Shown in pieces: positions 1-10,980 of a stretch of 64,000 bases of DNA. This stretch comes from an uncultured Nitrospiraceae bacterium (GTDB taxonomy: Bacteria; Nitrospirota; Nitrospiria; Nitrospirales; Nitrospiraceae). The stretch covers positions 544,001 to 608,000 of the forward strand of contig CAVPLT010000001.1 in NCBI GenBank assembly GCA_963706325.1. The letters run 5' to 3'. Made by a program: the position numbers and the translations under genes. The notes under the pieces were generated by a model. That model saw only the letters and a list, made by a program, of their open reading frames with translations. It made no database searches and was not told where the DNA came from. The stretch's first letter is position 1. Every line of letters begins with the position of its first letter.

Positions 1-138
1 GAGAAGGCTGAGGTCGGCAGGCCCAGCCTTTTCATGGTTTCATCGGATCCCCATTCTCCCCCAACATCGTGTAAAGTGACGGACGGTTCGCGCTGACGGG
101 CTGTACAGCCTGAGCCATAACTTGGAGTGACTGTCCAC

Positions 139-1761
139 ATGACGACCGTCTATGACTGGATCGACCGCAACATCTTGGAACTCGCCCGCGAGTTCCGGCT
201 GTCGTACTTGCCGCCGCTTATGGTCTATATGGCTGCCGGCATTTCAGGCCTTACCGGCATCGTGGGGACATTTTTTGTCAAAGAGTATCTGGGCCTGTCT
301 GCGGCATTTCTCGCGGCGCTTGGATTCTGGGCCGGTATCCCCTGGGCGCTCAAAATGCCTTTCGGTCATCTCGTCGATCTGCTCTGGCGCTGGAAAAGCC
401 TGCTGGTGTATTTCGGCGCGGGTGTGATCGCCGTCAGTCTCCTGATCATGGTCGGTCTTATCGGCCATCGCGAGGCGATGGTAGCCTTGATGCCGGCGGA
501 GGTCTGGTATGTCTTGAGTGTCCTGCTGGCGCCGATCGGCTACGTCATTCAGGACACGGTGGCCGATGCCATGACCGTGGAGGCGGTACCTCGAATCGAT
601 GAGCAGGGTCAGCCCATAGGTGAAGCCAGGCTGAAGCTCATGCATACCACCATGCAGACGTTGGGGCGGGTAGCCATTATCGGCGGCGGCATTCTGGTCG
701 CGCTCATCAACCTGTATCTGTTTACCGGCGTGGAGGATTTACCGAAAGAAACGATCGCCGGAATTTATCAACAGGTTTATTTGATGGCGCTGGTCATTCC
801 GGCCGTGTCGGTTCTAGGCGTGATTGCTGCGTCGATCCTGCGAGTGCGCGAGAAGCGTCGACTTCTCGAACAGGGCATGACGGCTTCAGAGGTTGCCGCG
901 TTAACGGACAGACCGAATGAAACCACTAGGCCCAATTGGTGGATTCTGGGCGGCAGTCTGGCATTCGTGCTCTTCACGCTGACAGTCGGATTTGGAGACT
1001 TTCCGTACAATGAAGAAATCGTCTTTGCCGGGTCGATGGGGATCGTCTGCTTTCTCATGCTGCGACTGACCCGCGAGCTGGCGCCTGAGGCGAAGCACAT
1101 TCTTCTGGGCACGGCGCTGGTCATTTTTGCCTTCCGCGCCATACCCGGCCCCGGTGATGGCGCCACCTGGTGGATGATCGACAAACTGAAATTCGATCAA
1201 CAGTTTCTCTCGGTGCTGTCGCTCATCGGCAGCGCGCTGACCCTCGTCGGCATGTTTGTATTTCGCCGGTTTATGGCTGAACGATCCATCGCCTACGTGG
1301 TGGGATTTTTAACGGCAGCGGCGTTCCTGCTGGGGCTCCCTATCGTCAGTATGTATTACGGTCTGCACCAGTGGACCGCGGCGCTGACCGGCGGCGTCAT
1401 CGATGCGCGCTTTATCGCTTTGGTGAATACGGCATTGGAATCCCCGCTCGGCCAAATCTCCATGATTCCCATGCTGGCCTGGATCGCTAATTCTGCACCG
1501 GCGAATCTGAAAGCCACCTATTTCGCGGTGATGGCCTCCTTCACCAATCTTGCTCTGTCCTTGGGCCAGCTCGGCACCAAGTACCTGAATCAAGCATTCG
1601 TTGTGACACGCGAAGTGCGCGATCCAGTCACCCATGCGCTTCAAACGCCGGAAGACTATACCCAGCTGGGGGCGTTACTCGTCGTTCAGATGATGCTCGG
1701 TCTCGCGCTTCCCTTTGCCGCGATCTTCTTTACCCGGTTGACGCGCTTTCGCAGCGCATGA
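139..1761 (+). CDS. BT1/folate-biopterin-like MFS transporter
   Basis: About 12 hydrophobic segments; IPWALKMPFGHLVD and QDTVADAMTVE motifs typical of BT1-family MFS. ATG 139 preferred over GTG 127. Confidence 0.7.
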   Translation: MTTVYDWIDRNILELAREFRLSYLPPLMVYMAAGISGLTGIVGTFFVKEYLGLSAAFLAALGFWAGIPWALKMPFGHLVDLLWRWKSLLVYFGAGVIAVSLLIMVGLIGHREAMVALMPAEVWYVLSVLLAPIGYVIQDTVADAMTVEAVPRIDEQGQPIGEARLKLMHTTMQTLGRVAIIGGGILVALINLYLFTGVEDLPKETIAGIYQQVYLMALVIPAVSVLGVIAASILRVREKRRLLEQGMTASEVAALTDRPNETTRPNWWILGGSLAFVLFTLTVGFGDFPYNEEIVFAGSMGIVCFLMLRLTRELAPEAKHILLGTALVIFAFRAIPGPGDGATWWMIDKLKFDQQFLSVLSLIGSALTLVGMFVFRRFMAERSIAYVVGFLTAAAFLLGLPIVSMYYGLHQWTAALTGGVIDARFIALVNTALESPLGQISMIPMLAWIANSAPANLKATYFAVMASFTNLALSLGQLGTKYLNQAFVVTREVRDPVTHALQTPEDYTQLGALLVVQMMLGLALPFAAIFFTRLTRFRSA

Positions 1762-2732
1762 GTCATGGGAGAAATCCTTCAATGAATGCCCTGCAATTCC
1801 TCGCGGATCACGGTGCCTTGGTGCTCTTCTGCGTGGTGTTCGTCGAGCAGAGTGGTTTCCCTATTCCATCAATTCCCGTTCTTATCGCGGCCGGTGCGCT
1901 CGTCGGAGCCGGCAAGATGACGGTCGCCACGGCGCTGCTCGTACCGGTTGCGGCCGCGCTTCCTCCAAATATCGCCTGGTACTACCTTGGCCGCTTCAAA
2001 GGTGGGAAGGTATTGGGATTTCTCTGTCGCCTGTCCCTGGAGCCTGATTCCTGCATCAGGGACACGCAGAATCTCTTTCATCGGAACGGACCTCGGGCAT
2101 TGCTCATCGCGAAGTTTATCCCAGGTCTGAGTACGGTGGCCCCGCCGCTGGCCGGTATTGTCGGTATGACCGCCGCGACGTTCATTGTGTACGATATCGG
2201 CGGAGCCTTGATCTGGGCCGGGGTGAGCGCCGGAATCGGTGCATTGTTCAGCGATCAACTGGAACAGCTCGCCCGTCTGGCCGGTCAAGCCGGGGGGCTG
2301 CTGGTCATGATTCTTGCCGGCGTAGCGGCGGGAGTGATCGGGTACAAGGTCTATCTTCGACAGAAATTTTTTCGGTACCTGCGCATGGCGAAGATTTCCG
2401 TGGATGAACTCAAGCGGCGCATGGATGCCGGAGATCCTGTCACGGTGGTTGATGTCCGGCACCCGCTCACCCGGCAGCTTGATCCGGTGAGCATTCCCGG
2501 CGCCATTAACTTTACCTTGGAGGATATTGAGCAGCGGCATGAGGAAATTCCTCGGGATCGTGACATTGTGCTCTACTGTTCCTGCCCGAATGAAGTCTCC
2601 AGCGCCAGGACTGCATTCCTGTTGAAGAAGAAAGGCATCCATCGTGTGCGTCCTCTGATAGGCGGCCTCGATGCCTGGCGCGAACGAAAGTTTCCCGTAG
2701 AGCGGAATTCGCACACTACGCCTGGACTGTAA
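1758..2732 (+). CDS. DedA/VTT membrane protein fused to a rhodanese-like domain
   Basis: N-terminal EQSGFPIPS and AKFIPG DedA motifs; C-terminal VVDVR, IPGA, YCSCPNE and L.GGLDAW rhodanese motifs. ATGA overlap with upstream gene; an alternative start is 1782. Confidence 0.9.
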   Translation: MSHGRNPSMNALQFLADHGALVLFCVVFVEQSGFPIPSIPVLIAAGALVGAGKMTVATALLVPVAAALPPNIAWYYLGRFKGGKVLGFLCRLSLEPDSCIRDTQNLFHRNGPRALLIAKFIPGLSTVAPPLAGIVGMTAATFIVYDIGGALIWAGVSAGIGALFSDQLEQLARLAGQAGGLLVMILAGVAAGVIGYKVYLRQKFFRYLRMAKISVDELKRRMDAGDPVTVVDVRHPLTRQLDPVSIPGAINFTLEDIEQRHEEIPRDRDIVLYCSCPNEVSSARTAFLLKKKGIHRVRPLIGGLDAWRERKFPVERNSHTTPGL

Positions 2733-2819
2733 GTGGCACATAGGTGTGAACACATTGCGGGCGCGGAGATCGGGAGTCTGGTCCGGTTGGAGACTCATCG
2801 ACCGAAGAAGGAGTGAGTT

Positions 2820-3437
2820 GTGAAAATTCTGTGGGTGTTGCTGATCTCTGGAATCTGTCTGTGGTCAGTGACGGTAGGCGCAGACGCGAGTCAGGGCACA
2901 GAGACACCGGTGAAGGTGACCAATGGCTGGCTCGTGAAAAGTTCCCCGCGCCAGAAGGTGGCCTTCTCAAAGTATAAGGTGGTGGGCGTATTTCAACGAG
3001 AGAACCAATTTATCGGCGGTTCCGCGATGGCCAACGTCACGAAGCAGGTGGAATTCGAGTTTAGTTGGCCGCTCCATGAAACATCGGCGCCGCCTCGCGT
3101 GCTGACCAATATTCCAACCAAGGCGGAGAATCCACGTGACGGCTCCGGTGTGTGTTCTGCTCCGATCCTCAAGGGGACGTATGAGCATTTCGATTTGAAA
3201 ACCATTACGGTGATTGGCACGATGTTCGGTTTGGTAGGTGAGCGACGAACGCCGGATATGGACGAATATGTCGGCGGTGGCGGGTGTAAAGGCACGCACC
3301 CGGTTCAGGGCCAGGTTCGTGAAGAGCAGCTGCTGGTGAGCCTGCCTGCGGAATTTTTTGCGGGTGATATCCCCAAAGACCGAGCGATAAAGCAGCAGGA
3401 ACAGGAATGGACCTGGACGTTTACGCCGGTCCCGTGA
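2820..3437 (+). CDS. hypothetical secreted protein
   Basis: AAGGAG upstream of GTG, signal-peptide-like N-terminus, 205 aa. Confidence 0.65.
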   Translation: MKILWVLLISGICLWSVTVGADASQGTETPVKVTNGWLVKSSPRQKVAFSKYKVVGVFQRENQFIGGSAMANVTKQVEFEFSWPLHETSAPPRVLTNIPTKAENPRDGSGVCSAPILKGTYEHFDLKTITVIGTMFGLVGERRTPDMDEYVGGGGCKGTHPVQGQVREEQLLVSLPAEFFAGDIPKDRAIKQQEQEWTWTFTPVP

Positions 3438-3538
3438 GAGGCAGAATTAGGCGCGGGTTCCTCGCCAAGCATTTCTCGCCTGGTATCCCCTTGACCCGTG
3501 CTGTATGATGAGCATCTATGAATGAAGTGCTATCCTCC

Positions 3539-3657
3539 AGAATGTTCAGAAAGGCCTCTCAGCGAGGCCGCAGTGAGCCAGGTGCCGAGGCGTACTTCTC
3601 AGTACGTTGAGGTGTTGAGCGATGCGAGAACAAAGCTGGAGGCCTTATCAACATTCC
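3539..3657. mobile_element. MITE-like intergenic element, short form
   Basis: Imperfect terminal inverted repeats agaatgttcagaaaggcctctcagc / gctggaggccttatcaacattcc. Internal blocks are shared with the element at 10979-11217. Confidence 0.65.
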
Positions 3658-3665
3658 GATTAAAA

Positions 3666-4019
3666 GGGGGCGACCGGTTTCGACGGGGATACTGATGCCA
3701 TCGTCGCATGTCGAGCTCTCGGGGTCTCGTAAATCCTCCGGGAAAATGCAACTGCCAATCAAGAACTGGCACTCGCAGCTTAATTATTTAAGCTGAGACG
3801 TCGTTCCATCTGAGGCCCGCGGGGGTGGAATGGCGCGATGCAGCGGGCTGGTTTCCCGTCGGTGCTCAGCGGCGGGGGACGAGACAATACTGGGCTAGCG
3901 GCGATTCTAAGCCTGCCGATAGGCGTGGGTCGTTGCGAAGCTTAAAGAATCGGCTACACATGTAGAAGCGATGAGCCGACGATCTTCGGACAGGGGTTCA
4001 ACTCCCCTCGCCTCCACCA
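3666..4019 (+). ncRNA. ssrA: tmRNA; tag reading frame ANQELALAA at 3754-3783
   Basis: 5' GGGGGCGACCGGTTTCGACGGGG; 3' T-arm and acceptor GGGGTTCAACTCCCCTCGCCTCCACCA; internal frame ends LAA-stop. Confidence 0.97.
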
Positions 4020-4034
4020 ATTGCACTTCGTGCG

Positions 4035-4061
4035 ACCCCGCGCCTCTCAGAGGCGCGGGGT
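4035..4061 (+). terminator. 12-bp-stem hairpin after tmRNA
   Basis: accccgcgcctc-tca-gaggcgcggggt; the U-tract is weak. Confidence 0.6.
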
Positions 4062-4436
4062 GGTTCTCTCCCTGCACTACTGCTCTTATCATCAGCCGAT
4101 TGCATCCTTCTAGCGGGCTTCCTGTTGTCGGTGTAATGCGGCTTTGCTGGGTCTCTCCTCATTTTCCAGTCTGCCTTTCGCTGCGGAGCCGAAGTACTCC
4201 GATTCATCGATCCATTGGAGTGCGTGATTCGGGCTCTGTAATAAGGCTTCATCGAGTGATTCAACTCAAGAGACGCGAAAAATGACCACGTTAAAATACT
4301 GAGATCGCATTAGCGGGGAGCTCCGTCATGCTGCTATAGTAAATCTGGCCCAAGAAAAATCTGGCCTTGATTGTTGGCCATCCGGCTGCTGCATCTGGAT
4401 GGCGTATTCGTCACATTGTTGTGAAAGGGGAAATGT

Positions 4437-4847
4437 ATGAGGTATAGGCTGGTTGCGATCGCGGGCATCGTTTTGGCTACGGGTTGCTCTTCGTTGCCGG
4501 AAGTGACACGCACGGCAGTGATTCACGATATAAAGCTGGAAGAGCACCTGTCTCCCGCCGACTTGACGGTTCGTGTCGGTGATGAAGTTCGGTGGGTGAA
4601 CCATCGTACACTCCCCGCCCGCATCGAAATTCCCGGCTTGCAGAAGGACATGCTGTCCTGCGAGCGTAACTTCTCTAACATGTTCGGAAGCCCGTTGGAG
4701 GTGGCGGAATTGCCTCCTAGCAAGAGCGCGAGCCTGTGCTTCAAGAGGGAAATCACCATCAGTTATAACGCTCGCATGGGGTCGGCCCTACCGGGAGGAA
4801 TGCAGATTGAGCCTGGGACCATCCGAGTCGTCAGGCCAGCCCAGTAG
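4437..4847 (+). CDS. lipoprotein with cupredoxin-like fold
   Basis: Lipobox LATGC; SPADLTVRVGDEVRWVN cupredoxin N-terminal pattern; no complete type-1 Cu ligand set evident. Confidence 0.7.
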   Translation: MRYRLVAIAGIVLATGCSSLPEVTRTAVIHDIKLEEHLSPADLTVRVGDEVRWVNHRTLPARIEIPGLQKDMLSCERNFSNMFGSPLEVAELPPSKSASLCFKREITISYNARMGSALPGGMQIEPGTIRVVRPAQ

Positions 4848-5092
4848 GGGCTGAGCGCTGCGGCATGCTTCCTCTAGAGTTGTGGCTTTCCCATCCACCC
4901 CGGTGCCCTCTAACGGCTCCGGGGACTCTAAGGAATCTTCGAGCGTTTCCCTCAATCCGTACGCCGACATCCTAGCCTCCCCTTGGCTTGCCACTGGGGA
5001 GCCTTGTACCGTGGTCATCGGATCTCGCAAGCGATGATGAGCGCTACCCTACAGCCGACAGCATTGTGTGGTTCAAAAAAGAGACGAGATGG

Positions 5093-6877
5093 TTAGAGCA
5101 CCGAGTTCCAAGGTGGACTGACGGCGAAGGCGGCGTTGATAAGCCCGACGTGGGAATAGGCTTGGGGAAAGTTTCCCAGCTGAGTGCGGGTTTCGGGCAC
5201 GAAATGTTCCGAGAGAAGTCCCAGATGATTGGCGCCTGTGAGCACTTGCGTCATGATTTGTTGAGCTTCCGCAAGTCGTCCGAGCCGCGCGAGTCCCTGC
5301 ACGACCCAAAACGAGCAGATGACGAAGCTGGATTGCGGCCGGCCGAAATCGTCCGTCCGCAGGTAGCGGAAATAGAACCCGGTGTCCTTCCCGCCGGCCT
5401 GTACGGAAAGCCCGCGTTCGATGCTTTGCATCGTGGCCTCACAGACTTCGCGATTGGGAAAGCCCAGGATCGCGGCCTGGGCCAGGGAGGCATCGTAGGT
5501 GTCGTCCTGGGGGCCGTTGCGGAGGGCGCCGTCCTTCGTCGCGTTCAGGAGCGCCTGCGCCGCGCGCGTGCGACCGGCGCCGACATCAAACGTCAACGAA
5601 GGTAAAAATCCCGCCTGTTGCATTCGGTGGGCCCGATCGAGCCCGGCCCAGCACATCAAATTGGAGAAGGAGTGTTCCCGCCATCCGTTACGAATCTCCC
5701 AGAGCCCGGCGTCCGGCTGTGCGATAGTTCGTTCGCAGAGACGGGCCAGATTGGCGACGAGCTGCTCCTGGTCTTTGGTCCGCAGATCGTAGAAGCGGTT
5801 GTCGCTGAAGATCGGCGTCAGCGCCAGAACCAGTTCACCATACACGTCATTTTGGATATGTTCGGAGGCTTGATTATGACTGCGCACCGGCGTGCTCCCG
5901 CAAAACCCGGCCCAATTCCGGTGTTCGGTTTCCGGCAGCGGCAGATCTTGGCTCAACGTATAAACGGGTGCCAGACGTTCGCAGGAATGTTCGTGGGTAT
6001 AGGCGATGTTGAGCAAAAATTTGAGGAAGCCTTCCATTTCCTCAAAGTGTCCGAGATTGTGGAAAGCCGTAAGTGAAAAATAGGCATCGCGCAGCCAGCA
6101 ATAGCGATAGTCCCAGTTGCGCGCTCCGCCCGGCTCTTCCGGTAGGCTGGTGGTCAATGCCGCTAGGATCGCTCCGGTGTCTTCATAACAATGGAGTTTC
6201 AGCGCCAGGGCGGAACGAATGACTTCTTCCTGATGCAGCACAGGAATCGAGCAGTGTTTCACCCACATGCGCCAATAGCGCGTCGTTTGATCGAGAAATT
6301 CATGGCTCACCTTAGCGAGATCATCTTCGATTCCCAAGCCCCAGGTCAGCGCGAAGTAGGTTCTCTCAGTCAGCGCGAAGGGCCGTTCCTCGTGGAGGTA
6401 GGTCAAGGGCATGTTGGTGAGCAGGCGAAGGCATTCTCCGCGGATGTCGTATCGTACGTGACTGTTGCCCCGCATCCCGGGAGCCGATACTTTGTCCCAG
6501 CCCGTCACTGGTCGGCAGCTCACGCGAATGGACGGCGTGCCGGCCAGTGGCTCAACGATCCGGAACAACGCCGCCGGTCGATAGAGGCGACCATATTGTT
6601 CGAAGCGCGGGCAGAAGTCCGTGATCTTGAAACTGTCGCCCTTCGACGTGGACACCTCGGTCACGAGGATATTTGTATTAGGGAGGTAGCGTTGCGTTGT
6701 CTTGACTTGCGCGGCGCTGGTAGGGCTTGATATGGAAAAGTGGCCACCGTCCGGGTCGAGAAGGCGGCCGAAAACGGGATCGCTATCAGGTCTAGGCAGG
6801 CAGAGCCAGTCGACCGATCCGCTTTCGTGAACATGCGCGGAGACGTGACAGTTGCCGATGAGGCCGTAGGGATACAT
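5093..6877 (-). CDS. glycoside hydrolase family 15 (trehalase/glucoamylase-like)
   Basis: YGLIGNC, DWLCLPRPDS, TTSLPE, RNWDYRYCWLRD, GLWE, LLSE and GNFPQAYSH motifs. Confidence 0.93.
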   Translation of the reverse strand: MYPYGLIGNCHVSAHVHESGSVDWLCLPRPDSDPVFGRLLDPDGGHFSISSPTSAAQVKTTQRYLPNTNILVTEVSTSKGDSFKITDFCPRFEQYGRLYRPAALFRIVEPLAGTPSIRVSCRPVTGWDKVSAPGMRGNSHVRYDIRGECLRLLTNMPLTYLHEERPFALTERTYFALTWGLGIEDDLAKVSHEFLDQTTRYWRMWVKHCSIPVLHQEEVIRSALALKLHCYEDTGAILAALTTSLPEEPGGARNWDYRYCWLRDAYFSLTAFHNLGHFEEMEGFLKFLLNIAYTHEHSCERLAPVYTLSQDLPLPETEHRNWAGFCGSTPVRSHNQASEHIQNDVYGELVLALTPIFSDNRFYDLRTKDQEQLVANLARLCERTIAQPDAGLWEIRNGWREHSFSNLMCWAGLDRAHRMQQAGFLPSLTFDVGAGRTRAAQALLNATKDGALRNGPQDDTYDASLAQAAILGFPNREVCEATMQSIERGLSVQAGGKDTGFYFRYLRTDDFGRPQSSFVICSFWVVQGLARLGRLAEAQQIMTQVLTGANHLGLLSEHFVPETRTQLGNFPQAYSHVGLINAAFAVSPPWNSVL

Positions 6878-6928
6878 ATTCCCAGACCATAAGAGATTTC
6901 CCGCATAAAGTAAACTGCAGGAGAAACC

Positions 6929-9160
6929 ATGCGCCTGTCCCTCCGCTTCATTCTTCCTCTGGTGCTGGTGTTGGGTGTGGTGGCCTACAGTGTGGTGCCG
7001 CTGGTCGATGCGCTCACGCTCAAGTGGTTCACGCGCGACCTCGAAAGCCGGTCAAAATTATTGGCGAGCACCATGGAAGTGCCGCTGTCCGACCTCGTGG
7101 CGACCAAGTCGCGCGCAAAGATTTTCGCGTATTTTCACAAAGTGATTCAGGATGAGCGGCTGTATGCGCTGGGTTTTTGCGATACCCAGCAGCGCCTCCT
7201 CTACCAGACCCTGACCTATCCCGACCAGTTATCCTGCGAAAGTTTGGCTCACCTGATTCCCGGATCGTCCGAGGTCGTGGACTTTGCGCAAGGGCCGCTG
7301 CATGTCGTGGTGGCGACCATTCAGTCGGGCGGGAAGATCCAAGGTCGCCTCATGTTGGTTCACGACATGAGTTTTGTCCATCAACGCAGCACCGACACCA
7401 AGTGGTACATTTTTTACCTCTTCGTCGGGCTGGCCGCGCTGATTTCAGCGGTGACGGTCCTCATTGCCCAGCTCAGCTGGCGTGGGTGGGTGGCCGGCGT
7501 GCGGACCATGTTGACGAATACAGGTTTCCCGGCTGAACGCGGGCAAGCCCATGCCCCGGAGCTGCATCCCCTCGCGCAGGATCTTCATGCGTTGGTGCGG
7601 GAATTGGAAGCCGATCGCAGGATGCGGGATGAAAGCCAAATTACCTGGAGTCCCGCCAGCCTCAAGACCATTTTGCACGAGCATCTCTCTGGGGATGAAA
7701 TTATGATCGTCTCCAATCGGCAACCTTACATTCACAACCGCCGGGGCCAGAAAATCGAAGTGCAGTTACCGGCCAGCGGACTCGTGTCCGCACTCGAACC
7801 GGTGATGCGTGCCTGTTCGGGCGTGTGGATCGCCCACGGCAACGGCTCGGCCGACCGAGAGGTCGTGGATAACCGTGACCATGTACGCGTGCCGCCGGAC
7901 CACCCTTCCTATGATATCCGCCGCATCTGGATGTCGCCGGATGAGGAGTCGGGCTTCTACTATGGCTTTTCCAATGAAGGTCTGTGGCCCCTCTGTCACA
8001 ACGCCCACGTTCGCCCGACCTTTCGTACTTCCGACTGGGAGCAGTACGTCGCGGTGAACAAACGGTTTGCTCAGGCGGTGGTCGAAGAAGCCAAAACGGA
8101 TGATCCAGTCGTCCTCGTCCAAGACTATCACTTCGCGCTCTTACCTAAGATGGTGCGTGAGAAGCTGCCGAACGCCACCATCATCATGTTTTGGCATATT
8201 CCATGGCCCAATGCGGAAAGTTACGGGATCTGTCCATGGCGGCAGGAAATTCTGGAAGGATTGCTCGGCAGCAGCATCGTGGGGTTCCACACCCGCGAGC
8301 ATGGCAACCATTTTCTGTACTGCATCGATCGTATCCTTGAGGCGCGCATCAACCGTGATGCCTCCACTGTCTCCTATGGTGGCCGGCTCACGGCGGTCAA
8401 TCCCTATCCCATCTCCATAGAATGGCCGTCGCGTTGGCTGGAACATCAACGACCGGTACCCGAATGTCGGACGCATATCCGCGAGCGCCATGCGATGGGG
8501 CCGGATCGGTTAGTAGGGATCGGAGTAGATCGGCTGGATTACACGAAGGGCATCATCGAGCGGTTTCTCGCGGTGGAACGATTGTTCGAATTGCAGCCTG
8601 AATGGGTGGGAAGATTTTCTTTCATTCAGATCGCCGCGCCGAGCCGGACGATCCTCGATCAGTACCAGCATTTTCACGATCAGGTCTATGCGCTGGCCGA
8701 GCGCATCAACAAGCGGTTTGGCCGTGAAGGCTACGAACCGATTGTCCTCAAAGTGAAGCACCATGAGCCGCCGGATGTTTTTGAGTATTATCGGGCGTCC
8801 GATGTCTGCTTCGTCACGAGTCTCCACGACGGCATGAACTTGGTGGCCAAGGAATTCATCGCGGCGCGCGATGACGAGCAAGGGGTCTTGATTCTCAGTC
8901 AGTTCACCGGGGCCGCGCAGGAATTGCCCGAGGCCCTGGTGGTCAATCCGTACGACATGGACCAGTGCGCGGCGGCGCTCCATATGGCGCTTTCAATGCC
9001 GCCGAAAGAACAACGAGCCCGCATGCGGAGCATGCGCGGACTGATTCAGGAGTTCAACGTCTATCGCTGGGCGGGACGCATGCTCATGGATGCGGCACGG
9101 ATGCGCCGTCGCGTTCGCGTCATGAAACAGGTTGGGCAGGCTTCGGGACAGGTCCGGTAA
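6929..9160 (+). CDS. otsA: trehalose-6-phosphate synthase (GT20) with N-terminal TM-periplasmic-TM extension
   Basis: [27 protein letters not shown] and DGMNLVAKE motifs; about 250 extra N-terminal residues with two hydrophobic helices. Confidence 0.93.
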   Translation: MRLSLRFILPLVLVLGVVAYSVVPLVDALTLKWFTRDLESRSKLLASTMEVPLSDLVATKSRAKIFAYFHKVIQDERLYALGFCDTQQRLLYQTLTYPDQLSCESLAHLIPGSSEVVDFAQGPLHVVVATIQSGGKIQGRLMLVHDMSFVHQRSTDTKWYIFYLFVGLAALISAVTVLIAQLSWRGWVAGVRTMLTNTGFPAERGQAHAPELHPLAQDLHALVRELEADRRMRDESQITWSPASLKTILHEHLSGDEIMIVSNRQPYIHNRRGQKIEVQLPASGLVSALEPVMRACSGVWIAHGNGSADREVVDNRDHVRVPPDHPSYDIRRIWMSPDEESGFYYGFSNEGLWPLCHNAHVRPTFRTSDWEQYVAVNKRFAQAVVEEAKTDDPVVLVQDYHFALLPKMVREKLPNATIIMFWHIPWPNAESYGICPWRQEILEGLLGSSIVGFHTREHGNHFLYCIDRILEARINRDASTVSYGGRLTAVNPYPISIEWPSRWLEHQRPVPECRTHIRERHAMGPDRLVGIGVDRLDYTKGIIERFLAVERLFELQPEWVGRFSFIQIAAPSRTILDQYQHFHDQVYALAERINKRFGREGYEPIVLKVKHHEPPDVFEYYRASDVCFVTSLHDGMNLVAKEFIAARDDEQGVLILSQFTGAAQELPEALVVNPYDMDQCAAALHMALSMPPKEQRARMRSMRGLIQEFNVYRWAGRMLMDAARMRRRVRVMKQVGQASGQVR

Positions 9161-9168
9161 TCGTCTTC

Positions 9169-9942
9169 ATGCGCGATGTGCTCACGGCTCCAGGCAAGCG
9201 AGTGCTCGATCGGATTGCGGAACAGGGCGCGGCGTTGTTTGCGTTCGATTTCGATGGGACGCTGGCCCGCATCGTTCAAGATCGGGATGCGGCCGTCCTC
9301 ACGCAGCCCATTCGAGACGCCCTCCATGCTCTAGCCCTGAAGGCGGGCACCGCGATCATTTCCGGTCGCGCGCTCGTCGATCTACAACCGCGCGTCGAGG
9401 GTATTCCCACCCACCTGATCGGAAATCACGGACTGGAAGGGTTACACACATCCGAGCGGGTCATGCATCAGGCGCGGGACTGTTGCCGTGCCTGGCTCAA
9501 GACGGTGCTGAAGGAGCAGCAGATTCTCACAAAAACCGGAGTCGTCGTGGAGGACAAGACCTATTCGCTGACATTCCACTATCGCCAGGCCTCTTCCTCA
9601 CAGGACGCGCGGGAAGCCATCTTTCATGCGGCGGCGTTACTCAGTCCCGCGCCGCGGCTGGTCATGGGGAAATCGGTGGTGAATACGATTCCGCCCGGCA
9701 GCCTGCACAAGGGATCGGCGATGCTGGAGTTGATGCACCAGCTGCAGAGCCCAGCGGCCCTGTACGTCGGAGACGACGATACCGACGAAGATGTCTTTTC
9801 ATTGCCTGACGAACGCATTGTCTCGGTGCGCATCGGGAAAAAGGCCACATCCGCCGCCCGGTTTTACCTGGAGCGGCAGTCGCAGATCGGCTTGTTGCTG
9901 CAATATCTCGCCGAGGCTCGCGGCCGGGTGTCTGTGCCCTAA
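9169..9942 (+). CDS. otsB: trehalose-6-phosphate phosphatase (HAD)
   Basis: FDFDGTL, ISGR, GNHGLE and GDDDTDED motifs; ATG 9169 lies just after the otsA stop. Confidence 0.92.
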   Translation: MRDVLTAPGKRVLDRIAEQGAALFAFDFDGTLARIVQDRDAAVLTQPIRDALHALALKAGTAIISGRALVDLQPRVEGIPTHLIGNHGLEGLHTSERVMHQARDCCRAWLKTVLKEQQILTKTGVVVEDKTYSLTFHYRQASSSQDAREAIFHAAALLSPAPRLVMGKSVVNTIPPGSLHKGSAMLELMHQLQSPAALYVGDDDTDEDVFSLPDERIVSVRIGKKATSAARFYLERQSQIGLLLQYLAEARGRVSVP

Positions 9943-10143
9943 TCACCCTGTGCTGCCATTTGTTTTTACAACGCTGGCGACAATCTGTGTGCATCCCTAG
10001 CCACTGCTCGCGCCGCGACAGAGCTACCTCTAGTTGAAATTTGTTAGAAGCTACGCCATGCGCAACTGCATCCCCGGTGGTTGGTGGAGTGGCTCCGACG
10101 AGGATGTATGGCGGGGGAAATATCCGATGCATTCTGACAGTCT

Positions 10144-10980
10144 GTGGTGGAGGAACTGAAGATGATGGACTATCGTATCAAGCCCGGCTGCCGTTTCGCG
10201 TTGAAAGACTTCGATCCTGATGAGACGGGGCACTATAAGAAAAACGACGTGGGGAAAGCTCAAGCCAAATCTGCTGCTGACGGACTGATCGCGAAACTCG
10301 ATCAGCTGCAGGAACGGCTCTACGCGAATGGGAGCAGGGCTCTGTTGATCGTCCTCCAGGGAATGGATACCAGCGGAAAAGACGGCACGATCAAGAGCGT
10401 GATGTCCGGCGTCAATCCGCAAGGGTGTCGCGTCGCGTCGTTCAAGGCTCCCAGCGAGAGAGAACTCGGTTACGATTTTCTGTGGCGCGTCCACCGTGAG
10501 GTTCCCCCCAAGGGCTACATCGGCATTTTTAACCGGTCGCATTACGAAGACGTGTTAATCACGCATGTGCATGGATGGGTGTCGGACAAAGTGATCACGC
10601 AACGGCTCGATCAAATCAAGGAGTTTGAAGAGATGCTGGCCGAGAACGGCACCACGATCTTCAAGTTGTTCCTGCACATTTCCAAAGACGAACAGAAAGA
10701 GCGGCTGACTGAACGGATTCGCGATCCTGAGAAGCGTTGGAAGTTCGACGAAGGGGATCTCGAGGAGCGTAAATTGTGGGATAGCTATATGAAGTCGTTT
10801 GAACGCGTGCTCTCGGCAACCAGTACCTCTCATGCGCCTTGGTATGTAGTTCCCGCGAATCGGAAATGGTACCGCAATCTCGTCGTGGCTGAGCTGGTTG
10901 TTCAAGTACTTATGGCGATGAATCTGTCTACTCCTCCGGCTCCCAAGGGCGTGGATTTCAGCAAGTTGAAGATTGTGTAG
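10144..10980 (+). CDS. ppk2: polyphosphate kinase 2 family protein
   Basis: QGMDTSGKDG Walker A, FKAPS, FNRSHYEDV and APWYVVPANRKW motifs. Confidence 0.93.
   Translation: MVEELKMMDYRIKPGCRFALKDFDPDETGHYKKNDVGKAQAKSAADGLIAKLDQLQERLYANGSRALLIVLQGMDTSGKDGTIKSVMSGVNPQGCRVASFKAPSERELGYDFLWRVHREVPPKGYIGIFNRSHYEDVLITHVHGWVSDKVITQRLDQIKEFEEMLAENGTTIFKLFLHISKDEQKERLTERIRDPEKRWKFDEGDLEERKLWDSYMKSFERVLSATSTSHAPWYVVPANRKWYRNLVVAELVVQVLMAMNLSTPPAPKGVDFSKLKIV

Noticed and set aside
1869..2798. Long antisense ORFs (for example 1869-2798, 53750-54760, 11379-12077)
   Set aside because: These are shadows of well-supported genes on the opposite strand and have no motifs.
4020..4436. Possible element integrated at tmRNA
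   Set aside because: Only a terminator hairpin and an ordinary gene follow; there is no integrase or duplicated 3' end.
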